Source of the DNA: Eubacteriales bacterium
GTDB taxonomy: Bacteria; Bacillota; Clostridia; Oscillospirales; CAG-272
Direction: 5' to 3'
NCBI GenBank assembly: GCA_045661245.1
Contig: JAZRFH010000036.1
Coordinates: 8,928 to 72,927 of the forward strand
DNA length: 64,000 nucleotides
The notes beneath the pieces are model-generated. The model was given only the letters and a program-made list of their open reading frames with translations. It was not told the DNA's origin and did no database searches. The position numbers and the translations under genes are program-made. Each line of letters begins with the position of its first letter. Within the stretch, counting starts at the first letter, position 1. Shown piece after piece: positions 30,214 to 40,269 of the stretch.

Positions 30214-31938
30214 TTATTCCTTAAACTGATATGCGTAAAGCTTGCTGTACTCACCGCCAAGGCCTATAAGCTCGTCGTGAGTGCCGCTTTCAACTATGCC
30301 GCCGTCGTCTATTACCATAATTCTATCGGCATTTTTAACTGTTGAGAGTCTGTGCGCAACCACTATAACCGTTCTGCCGCGCGAGAGCTCCTCAAGAGAT
30401 GCCTGTATCTGCATTTCTGTAGCATTGTCAAGCGCGCTCGTAGCCTCGTCAAGAATTAAGAGCTTGGGGTTTTTGAGGAATACCCTGGCTATTGAAATTC
30501 TCTGCTTCTGCCCGCCCGAGAGCTTAACTCCGCGCTCGCCTACCTGTGTATCGTACCCGTTCTCAAGCGTCATAATATAGTCGTGTATATTTGCGCGCTT
30601 TGCGGCAAGAATAAGCTCCTCGTCGGTGGCGTCGGGGTTACTGTATGCGATATTCTCCCTTACTGTGCCGTCAAAGAGAAACACGTTCTGCGACACTATA
30701 CCTATATTGCGCCTAAGACTCTCAAGAGTTATATCCTGAACGTCAACGCCGTCTATCGTAATTCTGCCGGATATGCAGTTATAAAAACGCGGTATAAGGT
30801 TACAAAGGGTACTCTTTCCGCCGCCCGACGGGCCGACGAGAGCCAAGGTCTCACCCCTGCCTATATTCATAGAGAGGTCCGAAATAACCATTCTTTCGTG
30901 CGCGCCGCCGTCACTCTCATAGCCGAAGGTTACGTTTTCAAAGGCGACGTCGCCCTCTATATCCTCAATCACGACAGTGCCGTTATCCGCCTCTGACTCA
31001 AGGTCCATAATCTCGGTAAAGCGCTCAAAGCCCGATATACCGTCCTGCATCTGCTCAACGAGCGTTACTATGCGGCGTATGGGATTTAAGAACATCGAGA
31101 TGTAAAGTAAGAACGCGGCAAACTCACCGGGGTTAATCTCACCGTATATAAGAAACAGACCGCCGGCGAAAACTACGAGCAGATACAAAAGGTCGGTCAA
31201 AAACTCAACCACCGCGGAGAATGAGCCGAGCGAGCGCATAGCATCGCTTCTGTAACGGGCAAATATTTTGTTTACGCCGAAGAACTTTTTAATCTCGTGG
31301 GGCTCTGAGGCATACGCCTTAGTTTCTCTGATACCCGTAATGGAGTTTTCAAGCGTTGTGTTTATCTCGGACATTTGCTTACGCGAGGCACGCATCGCAC
31401 GCATCATTGAGCGCCTTGAAATTACCGTAAAGATAATTATAAAGGGGATAACCGAGAACATTATAAGCGTCAGCCGCCAATCAATGCCCACAAGCACTAT
31501 GAACGAACCGACAAACATAAGGGCGGCAAGAAAAATATTCTCAGGGCCGTGGTGGGCAAGCTCTGAAATATTCTGCAGGTCGTTCGTAAGCCTTGAGAGC
31601 AAATCTCCCGTCTTATGCTTATCAAAATAGGTAAAGGGCAGTCGCTCATACTTAATAAACAGGTCGCGGCGCATATCTGCCTGCATTCTTACGCCTACAA
31701 CGTGGCCAAGATACCCGACTATATAATTGCACACCGCCTTTAAAATGTAGACAAGTAACAGCACAACAGCACCTATAACTATAGGTGTTACGGTATCTCT
31801 GTAGGCGTAGTCGTTTATCATTTCCTTTGCTATAAAGGGATAAACCAAGTTACATGCCGCAAGCACTACTGCGGCAACCATATCAAGCACGAAAAGCCCA
31901 AGATGGGGCTTATAATAGCTTATAAATCTTTTAATCAT
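30214..31938 (-). CDS. ABC transporter ATP-binding protein/permease (exporter type)
   Basis: N-terminal 6-helix domain; GPSGGGKST, LSGGQKQRISIARV and LILDEATSALD motifs. Confidence 0.9.
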   Translation of the reverse strand: MIKRFISYYKPHLGLFVLDMVAAVVLAACNLVYPFIAKEMINDYAYRDTVTPIVIGAVVLLLVYILKAVCNYIVGYLGHVVGVRMQADMRRDLFIKYERLPFTYFDKHKTGDLLSRLTNDLQNISELAHHGPENIFLAALMFVGSFIVLVGIDWRLTLIMFSVIPFIIIFTVISRRSMMRAMRASRKQMSEINTTLENSITGIRETKAYASEPHEIKKFFGVNKIFARYRSDAMRSLGSFSAVVEFLTDLLYLLVVFAGGLFLIYGEINPGEFAAFLLYISMFLNPIRRIVTLVEQMQDGISGFERFTEIMDLESEADNGTVVIEDIEGDVAFENVTFGYESDGGAHERMVISDLSMNIGRGETLALVGPSGGGKSTLCNLIPRFYNCISGRITIDGVDVQDITLESLRRNIGIVSQNVFLFDGTVRENIAYSNPDATDEELILAAKRANIHDYIMTLENGYDTQVGERGVKLSGGQKQRISIARVFLKNPKLLILDEATSALDNATEMQIQASLEELSRGRTVIVVAHRLSTVKNADRIMVIDDGGIVESGTHDELIGLGGEYSKLYAYQFKE

Positions 31939-31971
31939 TTTCTTTCCATTCCGTCACTCGGGACAAAAAAA

Positions 31972-32556
31972 TCAAAACTCCCTGTAGCCGTATTTATACG
32001 CAAGCGCACGGCGCGCCTCGGGGTCTGAAGTACCCGTTTTCTCTGCTAAGAGCTGAAAGCTCCTTTTAAAATCTATTTCTCCGCTCTCACAAAGCCCGTG
32101 TATTGCCGTGTCAATATCTTGAGCGCTGTATCCCTTACCCATAAGGCTCTGCTTTATATACATAGGGCCGCGCAGCTTGGAGTTTGCGAGCACAGACACA
32201 AGGCGCATAAGCTGCTCCCTCTCATTTATATATCCGTGCGCCACACAGTCCTCTACCGCAAAGCGCACCGCACTGCGCGAAAATCCTGCACGCAAAAGCT
32301 TAAGTGTGAGCGTGCGCTCGCTGTTGTCTGCGTAGGATAAAAGCGAAAGGGCGCGGCGCAGGGCACGGAAGCGCTCGTCGTCCTCTGCAATCACCTTAAC
32401 AGTATCACTGTCAAGCCCGTCACCCTTAATCGGTGAGCCTATGTTACTGTAGACCTCGCCGGTCACGGTATAGCACTCGCGCTTACCGTCTATAACAAGG
32501 CCTATAGAAATATATCCCTTTTGCCGTGACTCTTTTACGTATATAACCTTATACAT
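31972..32556 (-). CDS. recX: Recombination regulator RecX
   Basis: Lies downstream of recA. Three-repeat helical protein; ...RALSLLSYADNSERTLTLKLLRAGFS... Confidence 0.8.
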   Translation of the reverse strand: MYKVIYVKESRQKGYISIGLVIDGKRECYTVTGEVYSNIGSPIKGDGLDSDTVKVIAEDDERFRALRRALSLLSYADNSERTLTLKLLRAGFSRSAVRFAVEDCVAHGYINEREQLMRLVSVLANSKLRGPMYIKQSLMGKGYSAQDIDTAIHGLCESGEIDFKRSFQLLAEKTGTSDPEARRALAYKYGYREF

Positions 32557-32644
32557 AAATTCTCCTTGTGCAAAGGCCGCCTATTTAAAGAGAGGGCGAA
32601 GTATGTAAAACCCCGCCCTAACCTTTGCCGTATTGACTTAGAAA

Positions 32645-33739
32645 TTAAAGCTCCTCGTCAAAATCCTTAATCTCAAAATCGTCGTCTGAAAGCGTATCTT
32701 CACCGGTAGAGCCGAGGCTTGCAACCTTCTCCTTAATCTGTGCCTCAAGCTTAGCCATAAACGCAGAATCGGACTCGATAAACTTACGCACGTTGTCCTT
32801 ACCCTGGCCGAGCCGGTCGCCCTCGTAGTAGAACCAAGCGCCGCTCTTTTCAACTATCTCAAGCTTGATAGCCATATCTATAATTTCGCTGGCCTTTGAG
32901 ATACCCGTGCCGTAAAGAATATCAAACTCGGCAATCTTGAAGGGGGGCGCAACCTTATTTTTAACAACCTTACACTTTGTATGCGCACCGTATGCCTCGG
33001 AGCCGTTCTTAAGCGTTTCAACACGGCGCACGTCAATACGCACAGACGCGTAGAACTTAAGCGCCTTACCGCCCGTAGTAACCTCGGGGTTGCCGTACAT
33101 AACGCCAACCTTGTCACGGAGCTGGTTTGTAAATATAACTATACAATTAGACTTTGCAATAGAGCCCGAGAGCTTACGCATAGCCTGCGACATAAGCCTT
33201 GCCTGCACGCCTACGTGAGATGCGCCCATATCTCCCTCTATCTCCTGTCTGGGAACGAGGGCGGCAACAGAGTCGATAACTATAATATCAATAGCACCCG
33301 AGTTTACGAGCGTTTCGGCAATTTCAAGCGCCTGCTCACCGCAATCGGGCTGTGAAACCAAGAGATTATTGATATCAACGCCAAGGTGCTTTGCGTAGAT
33401 GGGGTCAAGCGCGTGCTCTGCATCTATGAAAGCGGCCTCACCGCCCTGCTTCTGCACCTCTGCGATAACGTGCAGTGCAATAGTGGTTTTACCAGAGGAC
33501 TCGGGGCCGTAGATTTCGGTAATTCTGCCCTTGGGGATACCGCCGACGCCCAGCGCGAAGTCAAGCGAGAGCGAGCCTGTTGACACAGCCTGAACGTTCA
33601 TAGCAGCATTCTCGCCAAGGCGCATAATCGAGCCCTTGCCGCACTCCTTTTCAATTCTTGAAATGACGGTTTCAAGCGCCGCCTTTTTATCGGATAATAC
33701 CTTCTTTTCGCCCTCTTGAGCGGTTTTCTTAGCTGCCAT
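32645..33739 (-). CDS. recA: Recombinase RecA
   Basis: [10 protein letters not shown]-loop, [10 protein letters not shown] and other canonical RecA sequence. Confidence 0.97.
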   Translation of the reverse strand: MAAKKTAQEGEKKVLSDKKAALETVISRIEKECGKGSIMRLGENAAMNVQAVSTGSLSLDFALGVGGIPKGRITEIYGPESSGKTTIALHVIAEVQKQGGEAAFIDAEHALDPIYAKHLGVDINNLLVSQPDCGEQALEIAETLVNSGAIDIIVIDSVAALVPRQEIEGDMGASHVGVQARLMSQAMRKLSGSIAKSNCIVIFTNQLRDKVGVMYGNPEVTTGGKALKFYASVRIDVRRVETLKNGSEAYGAHTKCKVVKNKVAPPFKIAEFDILYGTGISKASEIIDMAIKLEIVEKSGAWFYYEGDRLGQGKDNVRKFIESDSAFMAKLEAQIKEKVASLGSTGEDTLSDDDFEIKDFDEEL

Positions 33740-33776
33740 ATTTATATCTCCTTCATTTTATCAAATCAAAATCAGA

Positions 33777-35051
33777 CTAAAACAGTCGCGTTGCGCCTAC
33801 AGGGCGGATATTAAGCGGCATTGCCGAGCCCTTGCCGAATACACGGTCCATAAGCTCACAGTATGCCTTAAGCTCGGTCTTGGGTAAAAACACCTGGATA
33901 GTACCTGCAAAGCCGCCACCGTGTACGCGGCATGCGGCCGCCTTACCCGAAAGAAATCCGTCGGTAATTGAAAGAGCAAGCGAGAGCCCCTGCTCCTTGA
34001 CGTTAATATTAGTGTATACGTTCTGCAAATACTTAAACGACGAGGTGCCCGACTCATTGATTACAGCGAGGAACTTATCAATTTCACCCGACTCAATAGC
34101 GGCCTTTGCCTTCTCAACTCTGCCATTTTCGCGAATAAAATGAATCGCACGGAGAATTGCCCTGTCACCAACCATCTCTCTAAGCTCGGGAATTTTAGAG
34201 GTCAGCTCCTCTTCTTCTATACCGCGAAGAACCTTTTTGCCAAAGCAAGCCGCTACAGCACGCATCTCAGTGGGAATTGACGCATAGTCGTCGTTAAGAT
34301 TTGCGTGGTTGCCGCCCGTATTTACGATACAAAGCGAATATCCCGCATCCGAAAGCGAGAAATCTATAGGTTCAACCACAGGCTGTGCCTCATTCTCAAA
34401 ATCTATGTATACAAAGCCGCCTACAGCACAAGCCATCTGGTCCATAAGTCCACAGGGCTTGCCGAAATATACATTCTCGGCATACTGAGAGAATTTCGCA
34501 ATCTCCTTATTGTCAACTCTGCCGTCGTTATAGAGGTAGTTAAGTATATTTCCAATCATAACCTCGTACGCCGCGCTTGAAGAGATACCGCTGCCCTTTA
34601 ACACCTCTGTATTTGAGTAAGCGTCGTAGCCGCCGATATTAAGCCCATGCTCGCGGAAAGCATTCGCAACGCCCGCGATAAGCGCTGAGGAGGTGTAGTT
34701 TTCAAATCTGTCACTGTCGGTAATATTCATAAGCGAAACCGTGTCCTCAGCATAGCCATCGGACAAGAACCTTATAACGTTGTCGTCATTCTTGGCAACG
34801 ACTGCGATTATATCTCTGTCAATAGCACCGGCAAATACGCACCCGCGGTTATGGTCTGTATGGTTACCGGATATCTCGCTTCGGCCCGGTACCGAGAGAA
34901 TATACAGCTCTCTGTTATCGCCGAAACGTTCTGTAAATTTATCAATGGCCGAAATCAGTCTCTCTGTCTGTGCCCTTACGTTCTGGTAAAGGTGTGCGTA
35001 GCGCTCAAGGCCGCCGCTGTGTAATAGTCTTTTAAGCTCGTTTGCATTCAT
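33777..35051 (-). CDS. Galactokinase-family GHMP kinase
   Basis: VPGRSEISGNHTDHNRG (galactokinase-type signature) and GSGISSSAA (GHMP motif). Confidence 0.75.
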   Translation of the reverse strand: MNANELKRLLHSGGLERYAHLYQNVRAQTERLISAIDKFTERFGDNRELYILSVPGRSEISGNHTDHNRGCVFAGAIDRDIIAVVAKNDDNVIRFLSDGYAEDTVSLMNITDSDRFENYTSSALIAGVANAFREHGLNIGGYDAYSNTEVLKGSGISSSAAYEVMIGNILNYLYNDGRVDNKEIAKFSQYAENVYFGKPCGLMDQMACAVGGFVYIDFENEAQPVVEPIDFSLSDAGYSLCIVNTGGNHANLNDDYASIPTEMRAVAACFGKKVLRGIEEEELTSKIPELREMVGDRAILRAIHFIRENGRVEKAKAAIESGEIDKFLAVINESGTSSFKYLQNVYTNINVKEQGLSLALSITDGFLSGKAAACRVHGGGFAGTIQVFLPKTELKAYCELMDRVFGKGSAMPLNIRPVGATRLF

Positions 35052-35058
35052 TGGGATT

Positions 35059-36021
35059 TCACCTATTCTTTTTAAATTTATTTTTTAATTCATTTGCACA
35101 TCCGGTAACCTCAGAAAGGAGTACACTGTACGGCTTTATCTGCCCGTCCTCAGTATCAACAAAAACCCTTACCGCATCCCTCTCGTGGCGGAACCAGGTA
35201 AGCTGACGCTTTGCATATCTGCGTGAGGAGAGTTTAATTTGCTCTATTGCAAGAGGCAGCGTCGTCCTGTTTTCAAGATACTCTATTATTTCCTTATAGC
35301 CTATAGCAGATGCCGCCGTGGTGCCCGCCTTGAGCATTCCCTGCCTCCAAAGGTCCTCTACCTCAGCAAGCAAGCCCTCGTCAAGCATTACGTCAACCCT
35401 TGCATCAACTCGTTTATAAAGATTTTCTCTGTTGTGGAAATCAAGTGTTATCATGCCGATTTTGATATCCGGCTGTGCTATGCGCGAAAGTGCGTCAAAA
35501 TAGCTCTTAGGTTTACCTGTAAGCTCGTAAATTTCAAGCGCTCTTACTACGCGTTTTACGTTGTTTTTATGCGTTGCAGCAGCACTTTCCGGGTCGGCGA
35601 GCTCAAGCTTTCTATAAAGCTCGTCGGCTGTGTATCGGCTGAGCAGCTGCTCTCTCAGCTCCGCATCGGATGGCGGTGAGCCAACAGCCTCGCCGCGCAT
35701 AATAGTGTCAATATAAAGCCCCGTACCGCCTACAAAAAGCGGTGTTTTACCCCTTGACGTAATATCCTTCACCGCCGCCATAGCGTCAGCGCGGTAAGCT
35801 TCTGCACTGTAGCACTCAAGTGGAGATAAAAAATCAATCAGATGGTGGGGCACTGCCGCACGCTCCGCAGCCGTTGCCTTTGCGGTACCGATATCCATAC
35901 CGCGGTAAATCTGCATTGAGTCACAGGATATAATCTCCATTCCCGACTCCCGCGCGATGTCTATAGACAGTGCCGTTTTACCCGATGCTGTAGGGCCTGT
36001 TATGGCAAGAGCGTAAGTCAT
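35059..36021 (-). CDS. miaA: tRNA dimethylallyltransferase
   Basis: GPTASGKTALS P-loop; DSMQIYRGMDIGTAK. Confidence 0.9.
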   Translation of the reverse strand: MTYALAITGPTASGKTALSIDIARESGMEIISCDSMQIYRGMDIGTAKATAAERAAVPHHLIDFLSPLECYSAEAYRADAMAAVKDITSRGKTPLFVGGTGLYIDTIMRGEAVGSPPSDAELREQLLSRYTADELYRKLELADPESAAATHKNNVKRVVRALEIYELTGKPKSYFDALSRIAQPDIKIGMITLDFHNRENLYKRVDARVDVMLDEGLLAEVEDLWRQGMLKAGTTAASAIGYKEIIEYLENRTTLPLAIEQIKLSSRRYAKRQLTWFRHERDAVRVFVDTEDGQIKPYSVLLSEVTGCANELKNKFKKNR

Positions 36022-36953
36022 AGCGACACTCCGTCAAGCCACTTTTTCATATCAAGGAAAATCTCGTCCCTATTAGTTTCGTTAAATAACTCGTGCCGTG
36101 CACCCTCGTAAAGCTTGATTTCAAGGTCCTTTGCGCCGAGGAGCATAAGCCTTCTGTAAACCTCTTTTATACCCTTGCCGTAATTGCCGACAGGGTCATC
36201 CTCTCCGCTCATAATAAGAGTACGCATATCCTTGGGATAATTACTGAACCAGCCGCGGCTGTTGCACTCCTCCAGCATTCTGAATAAATCACAGTATCCC
36301 GATGCGGTAAAGTAAAATGATGCCAAAGGGTCATTCTTTTTGCCCTTTATAGCCTCTGTATCACGCGAGAGCCACGCATTTCTGCCCTCGCTTTTATCAA
36401 ATCTCTTGTTATAGCTGCCGAATGCGAGCGCCAGAATAAGCTTGCTCCTGTTTCTATCGCCCTTAATGAGCGCGACCGTGCGCGCAAGAAATCTGCCCAT
36501 CGGTGCCAATGGATTTTTACCGCCCGTGCCGTGTATGATAACCGCACGCATACTGTGAGGATGGCGAACCACGTAGAGCCTAGTGATAAACGAGCCCATG
36601 CTGTGGCCGAGCACTACAAGCGGCAGGGTCGGATACGCTTCACGCAGGTATTTATTCATGGTGTGCATATCTTCAATTAAGTAGTCAATACCGCCCTTTT
36701 TTGCAAAGTAGCCAAAATCCTCCTCGCACTTAGCACTTCTGCCGTGGCCAAGGTGGTGGTTGCCTGCAAATATATACCCCTCACCTGTGAGAAACTCTAT
36801 AAGATTAAGGTATCTGCCCGGGTGGTCTACCATTCCGTGCGCCAGCTGAATTATGCCGCGCGCGGTTTTATTCTTCGGTGTGTATATATCCGCGTGAATA
36901 GTATTTACGCCATCACTCGACGGATATGTAATTTGTTCGTAGTTATAGTTCAT
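36018..36953 (-). CDS. Alpha/beta hydrolase (lysophospholipase / monoacylglycerol lipase-like)
   Basis: GHSMGS nucleophile elbow; 311 aa. Overlaps the miaA start by 4 nt. Confidence 0.75.
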   Translation of the reverse strand: MNYNYEQITYPSSDGVNTIHADIYTPKNKTARGIIQLAHGMVDHPGRYLNLIEFLTGEGYIFAGNHHLGHGRSAKCEEDFGYFAKKGGIDYLIEDMHTMNKYLREAYPTLPLVVLGHSMGSFITRLYVVRHPHSMRAVIIHGTGGKNPLAPMGRFLARTVALIKGDRNRSKLILALAFGSYNKRFDKSEGRNAWLSRDTEAIKGKKNDPLASFYFTASGYCDLFRMLEECNSRGWFSNYPKDMRTLIMSGEDDPVGNYGKGIKEVYRRLMLLGAKDLEIKLYEGARHELFNETNRDEIFLDMKKWLDGVSL

Positions 36954-36972
36954 TGCAAAATTCCCTCAAAAA

Positions 36973-37899
36973 TCAGCTTGTGTACTTTTCAAGAAAATCT
37001 ATTACCTCGGCCTCTGTAGGTACCGATACGTGAGCACCGCGCTTTGTTATCGCTATACCTGCGACTACAGAGCCGTACTGAACGGCGCCCTTAATATCAC
37101 CGCCGCTTATAAGATACCTCAGCACAAGGCCCGCGTTAAAGGCATCGCCCGCGCCCGAAGTATCAGCAGGCTTACCCGCATTTATCGGGGGTATCATAAA
37201 ATAATGCTTGCCGTCGTATATAAACGCGCCGCGCTCACCCTGCTTTATAACGAGGTACTTGCACTTAACGCGCCTATAGAGGCTGACCGCCGCACGCAAG
37301 GAGTCCTGCGCACCGATAGGCAAAATGCCAACGAGCTTTTCGGTTTCCTCTTCATTCGGTGAGAATATCTCAACGGGCGGCAAGCTCTCAAGAGGATAAC
37401 CGTCCTCAGCGTGGGCAGCGTCAAGAAAAACGGGAATACCGCGCGCCTCAGCACAGGCCAAGGCATAAATTGCAAGCTCAACGGGAAGGTCAAGCGAAAG
37501 CACAAGCGCATCGGCAGAGGTGGCAAAGGCATCTCTTATGTTGTCTTTAGTAAGACACGCACCCTCGTAAATCACACGGCGCACGCCGCCCTCGGTCTTT
37601 ATATTTGCGTATAGAGCGGTAGAAAGGCTTGCATCAACCTTAACGCCCGAGGTATCAACACCGCCCTCGCGCAGATAAGTATATAACTGCTGACCGTGAA
37701 GGTCGCGGCCGAGCTTTGTGGTAAGCGTAGCCTCTGCACCAAGGCGCGAGAGGGCAAGAGCCCAGCCGATACCCGAGCCGCCCGGTATATATGCAACACC
37801 GCCGTCGTCCCTAATCGTTTCACCCTCGTCGGGTATTTTATACATATTCATAGTAAGCTCCATGTGCGAGCCGCCTATGACGAGAATTTTTTTCTTCAC
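36973..37899 (-). CDS. PfkB-family carbohydrate kinase
   Basis: DTSGAGDAFNAG ribokinase-family signature near the C-terminus. Confidence 0.8.
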   Translation of the reverse strand: MKKKILVIGGSHMELTMNMYKIPDEGETIRDDGGVAYIPGGSGIGWALALSRLGAEATLTTKLGRDLHGQQLYTYLREGGVDTSGVKVDASLSTALYANIKTEGGVRRVIYEGACLTKDNIRDAFATSADALVLSLDLPVELAIYALACAEARGIPVFLDAAHAEDGYPLESLPPVEIFSPNEEETEKLVGILPIGAQDSLRAAVSLYRRVKCKYLVIKQGERGAFIYDGKHYFMIPPINAGKPADTSGAGDAFNAGLVLRYLISGGDIKGAVQYGSVVAGIAITKRGAHVSVPTEAEVIDFLEKYTS

Positions 37900-37939
37900 T
37901 TAAAAAACCTCACTTCTGTGAATTTTTAAGAAATCTCGG

Positions 37940-40249
37940 TTAAATCTCACTTATAGGTGAGAGCTTGAAGATACCTGCACCCGGAGCAAGCTCGTCTGCA
38001 AGCGTTGCCTCTCTTGCACGGCAGGTGAATACAAAGCTCTGATATCCCTCGCCTGCAAGGTGCGAGAGCGATTTCATCATAGAGCGGGCACGCAGATTGT
38101 CCTGATGTGCAAAGCTCTCGTCAAAGCAAATCGGCGGCTTTTCGGTATAGAGCATATCTATTAAGGCCATTCTGACCGCAATATAAGCGAGGTCGCGCGT
38201 GCCGCCCGAAAGGAAGTCAACCGATTTCTGCTCTCCAAGCTCGGAAAGATAGCTAACCTTAAGACCGCCCGACACGTCAAAGTCGCGATACTTTTTATCG
38301 GTCATAATACCCATAAGCACGGTCGAATACTCGCCAAGGCGAGGGGATATACCCGCACGTAGATTATCCGACGCACTCTCGATAGCCTTTTGTGCGACAA
38401 AGTATGCCTTATGCTTATCCTTAAGCTCCTTAATGCGTGACTCCAGCATATCAAGCCTTGTATGTATCTGTGCAGGGTCGCCCGCACGGCTCTTAAGGAG
38501 CACAAGCTCATTTTCAACCGCAAGAGCAAGCTTATCCTGCTCTACGATTTTAGCCTTATACGCTGCGATGCCCGTGATAATCTCGTCGTGGTTTATCTGT
38601 GAGAGAGCCTTTCTCTTAAGCGGAGAAACCTGAGCTCTAATATCAATCTCATTTTTATCCGAGAGGGTGCGTCTTATCTCTCTTACGGTAAGCTCGATTG
38701 TATTCTTCTCTTCAAGCAGCACCCTTTTGCGTTCAAGGAATGCGCTGACACGCGCCTCAAGCTTATTAAGCAAGGGAGCAAGCTCGCCATCGGGCTCCTC
38801 GCCCCACCTTGACATAACGCGCATAAGCTCTGCCTTAGCATTATCGTGCGCTATTCTCGCACTGCCCTCGGCAATACGCGCCTCTTCGGTTGAATTACGC
38901 ATACTGTCGCGCTTTTCTCTTGCCTCTTTTATAACGGTAAGCTTACCCTTAAGATTTTCAAAGCCCTCTTGCGAGAATTTTGCGGCAAGGGCGTCAATTG
39001 ATTTTTTGCTTTTCAGGAAACGGTAAACGCACATAGCGCTGAGCGCTACCGTGCACACTCCGAGCGCAGCGAATGCTATCTTTGCAAACGTCTCGGAAAG
39101 CATTATAAGACCCACGACCGATACAAGGCAGGCAAATGCCGAGCTAACGGCAAAAGCTATATTCTTCAGCGAAGAGCGCCTATGCGCAACAGCATCAGAA
39201 AGCAGCTTATCCTCACCGCCAAGCTCGTCTGCCAGAGCAATGTTCGCCTCTGTTTCCTTAGTAATACCGATAGCGCATCTTTCGCGCTCGTAATCAGCCT
39301 CGGCCTCCGAAAGCGCTCTTGACGTTTCTTCTTCCTGCCTGCGGGCGGATATAAGCTCCGCAAGATACTCGTCGGTCGGCACGTATCCGCCCCTTGTGCT
39401 TTCGGCTATAAAGCCGTTATAGGCATCTGTCTTGGCGTTACACTCCTCTTCAAGCTCGTGCAGCTTATCAAAGGTCTGTATAAGCATAACGTTCTTGTAA
39501 CAGCTGTCAAGGTCGTAGAGCTTGTTGAGCTTATCCTCAGCATCAAGCCTCTCGTGCTTAATACCGAAAAGCTCGGTTTCCTTAACGAGAATCTGCTTGT
39601 TATCCTCGTCGGATATTCTGAGCTTTTCTTCAAGCTCGTCTCTTTTTTTCACAAGGTCGAATATAACTCCGCCCTGGCCGCCCTTATGAATAAGGGACTC
39701 CATTTTATCCGAAATTTTAGTGATAGCGCGCTGATTGTTAATTCTCTCACTGCCCGAGAAAAGAATATTCTCAATAGACTCCCGCACCGAGCCCTCGTTT
39801 ATAGCTGCGTCGCCTATCTGACCGACAAATGCGGTATTCTCAAACAGCTCACGCGTAACCCCGAAGAATACCTCGCCCGCGGGGAGCTTGCCGAATGCGG
39901 TAGCGCCCGTTTCCATATCAATTATCGACGAGTCCTCTTTATAAGCCGCCTTGCCCGTAACCGAGGTGGTCGGCACGGTTGTACGGTTAATAAGATAGCG
40001 CTTACCGCCGACGAGCACGGTCATTGAGCCTTCTGCAAGTCCCGTTGTCCAGTTTATCCTCTTCTCGCGCTCTGAAATGCCCTCAACCTCTCTCGTATCA
40101 AAGCCAAAGAGCATATACTTGATAAATGCGGCAATGGTGCTTTTGCCCGTTTCGTTCTGACCCTCGATAACGTTTATCTTATCGGAAAATTCTAGCGTAA
40201 CGTCACGCAGTGCGCCAAAGCTTTTGATGTCAATTCTCTCAATAATCAT
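37940..40249 (-). CDS. SMC/ABC-type AAA ATPase with central transmembrane hairpin (SbcE/YhaN-like)
   Basis: Walker A GQNETGKST (aa 30-38). Long charged helical arms. Two hydrophobic helices at about aa 363-411. C-terminal LSGGTRD signature, ICFDESF Walker B and HQD. Confidence 0.75.
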   Translation of the reverse strand: MIIERIDIKSFGALRDVTLEFSDKINVIEGQNETGKSTIAAFIKYMLFGFDTREVEGISEREKRINWTTGLAEGSMTVLVGGKRYLINRTTVPTTSVTGKAAYKEDSSIIDMETGATAFGKLPAGEVFFGVTRELFENTAFVGQIGDAAINEGSVRESIENILFSGSERINNQRAITKISDKMESLIHKGGQGGVIFDLVKKRDELEEKLRISDEDNKQILVKETELFGIKHERLDAEDKLNKLYDLDSCYKNVMLIQTFDKLHELEEECNAKTDAYNGFIAESTRGGYVPTDEYLAELISARRQEEETSRALSEAEADYERERCAIGITKETEANIALADELGGEDKLLSDAVAHRRSSLKNIAFAVSSAFACLVSVVGLIMLSETFAKIAFAALGVCTVALSAMCVYRFLKSKKSIDALAAKFSQEGFENLKGKLTVIKEAREKRDSMRNSTEEARIAEGSARIAHDNAKAELMRVMSRWGEEPDGELAPLLNKLEARVSAFLERKRVLLEEKNTIELTVREIRRTLSDKNEIDIRAQVSPLKRKALSQINHDEIITGIAAYKAKIVEQDKLALAVENELVLLKSRAGDPAQIHTRLDMLESRIKELKDKHKAYFVAQKAIESASDNLRAGISPRLGEYSTVLMGIMTDKKYRDFDVSGGLKVSYLSELGEQKSVDFLSGGTRDLAYIAVRMALIDMLYTEKPPICFDESFAHQDNLRARSMMKSLSHLAGEGYQSFVFTCRAREATLADELAPGAGIFKLSPISEI

Positions 40250-40269
40250 AAGACCTCCCGTAATCGACG

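Noticed and set aside
33740-33776. SOS (LexA/DinR) box and a dedicated promoter upstream of recA.
   Set aside because: Only 37 nt separate recA from the upstream galactokinase-like gene. I found no CGAAC-N4-GTTCG-like palindrome and no -35/-10 pair there, so recA seems to be co-transcribed with the long minus-strand gene string. Absence by eye is not proof.
37940-40249. Calling the SMC-like ATPase a known defence system component (Lamassu, Septu or Gabija type) or a canonical SbcCD.
   Set aside because: No cognate nuclease or partner gene of those systems is adjacent. The flanking genes are housekeeping, and the central transmembrane hairpin points to the YhaN/SbcE class. It is kept only as an open question in the findings.
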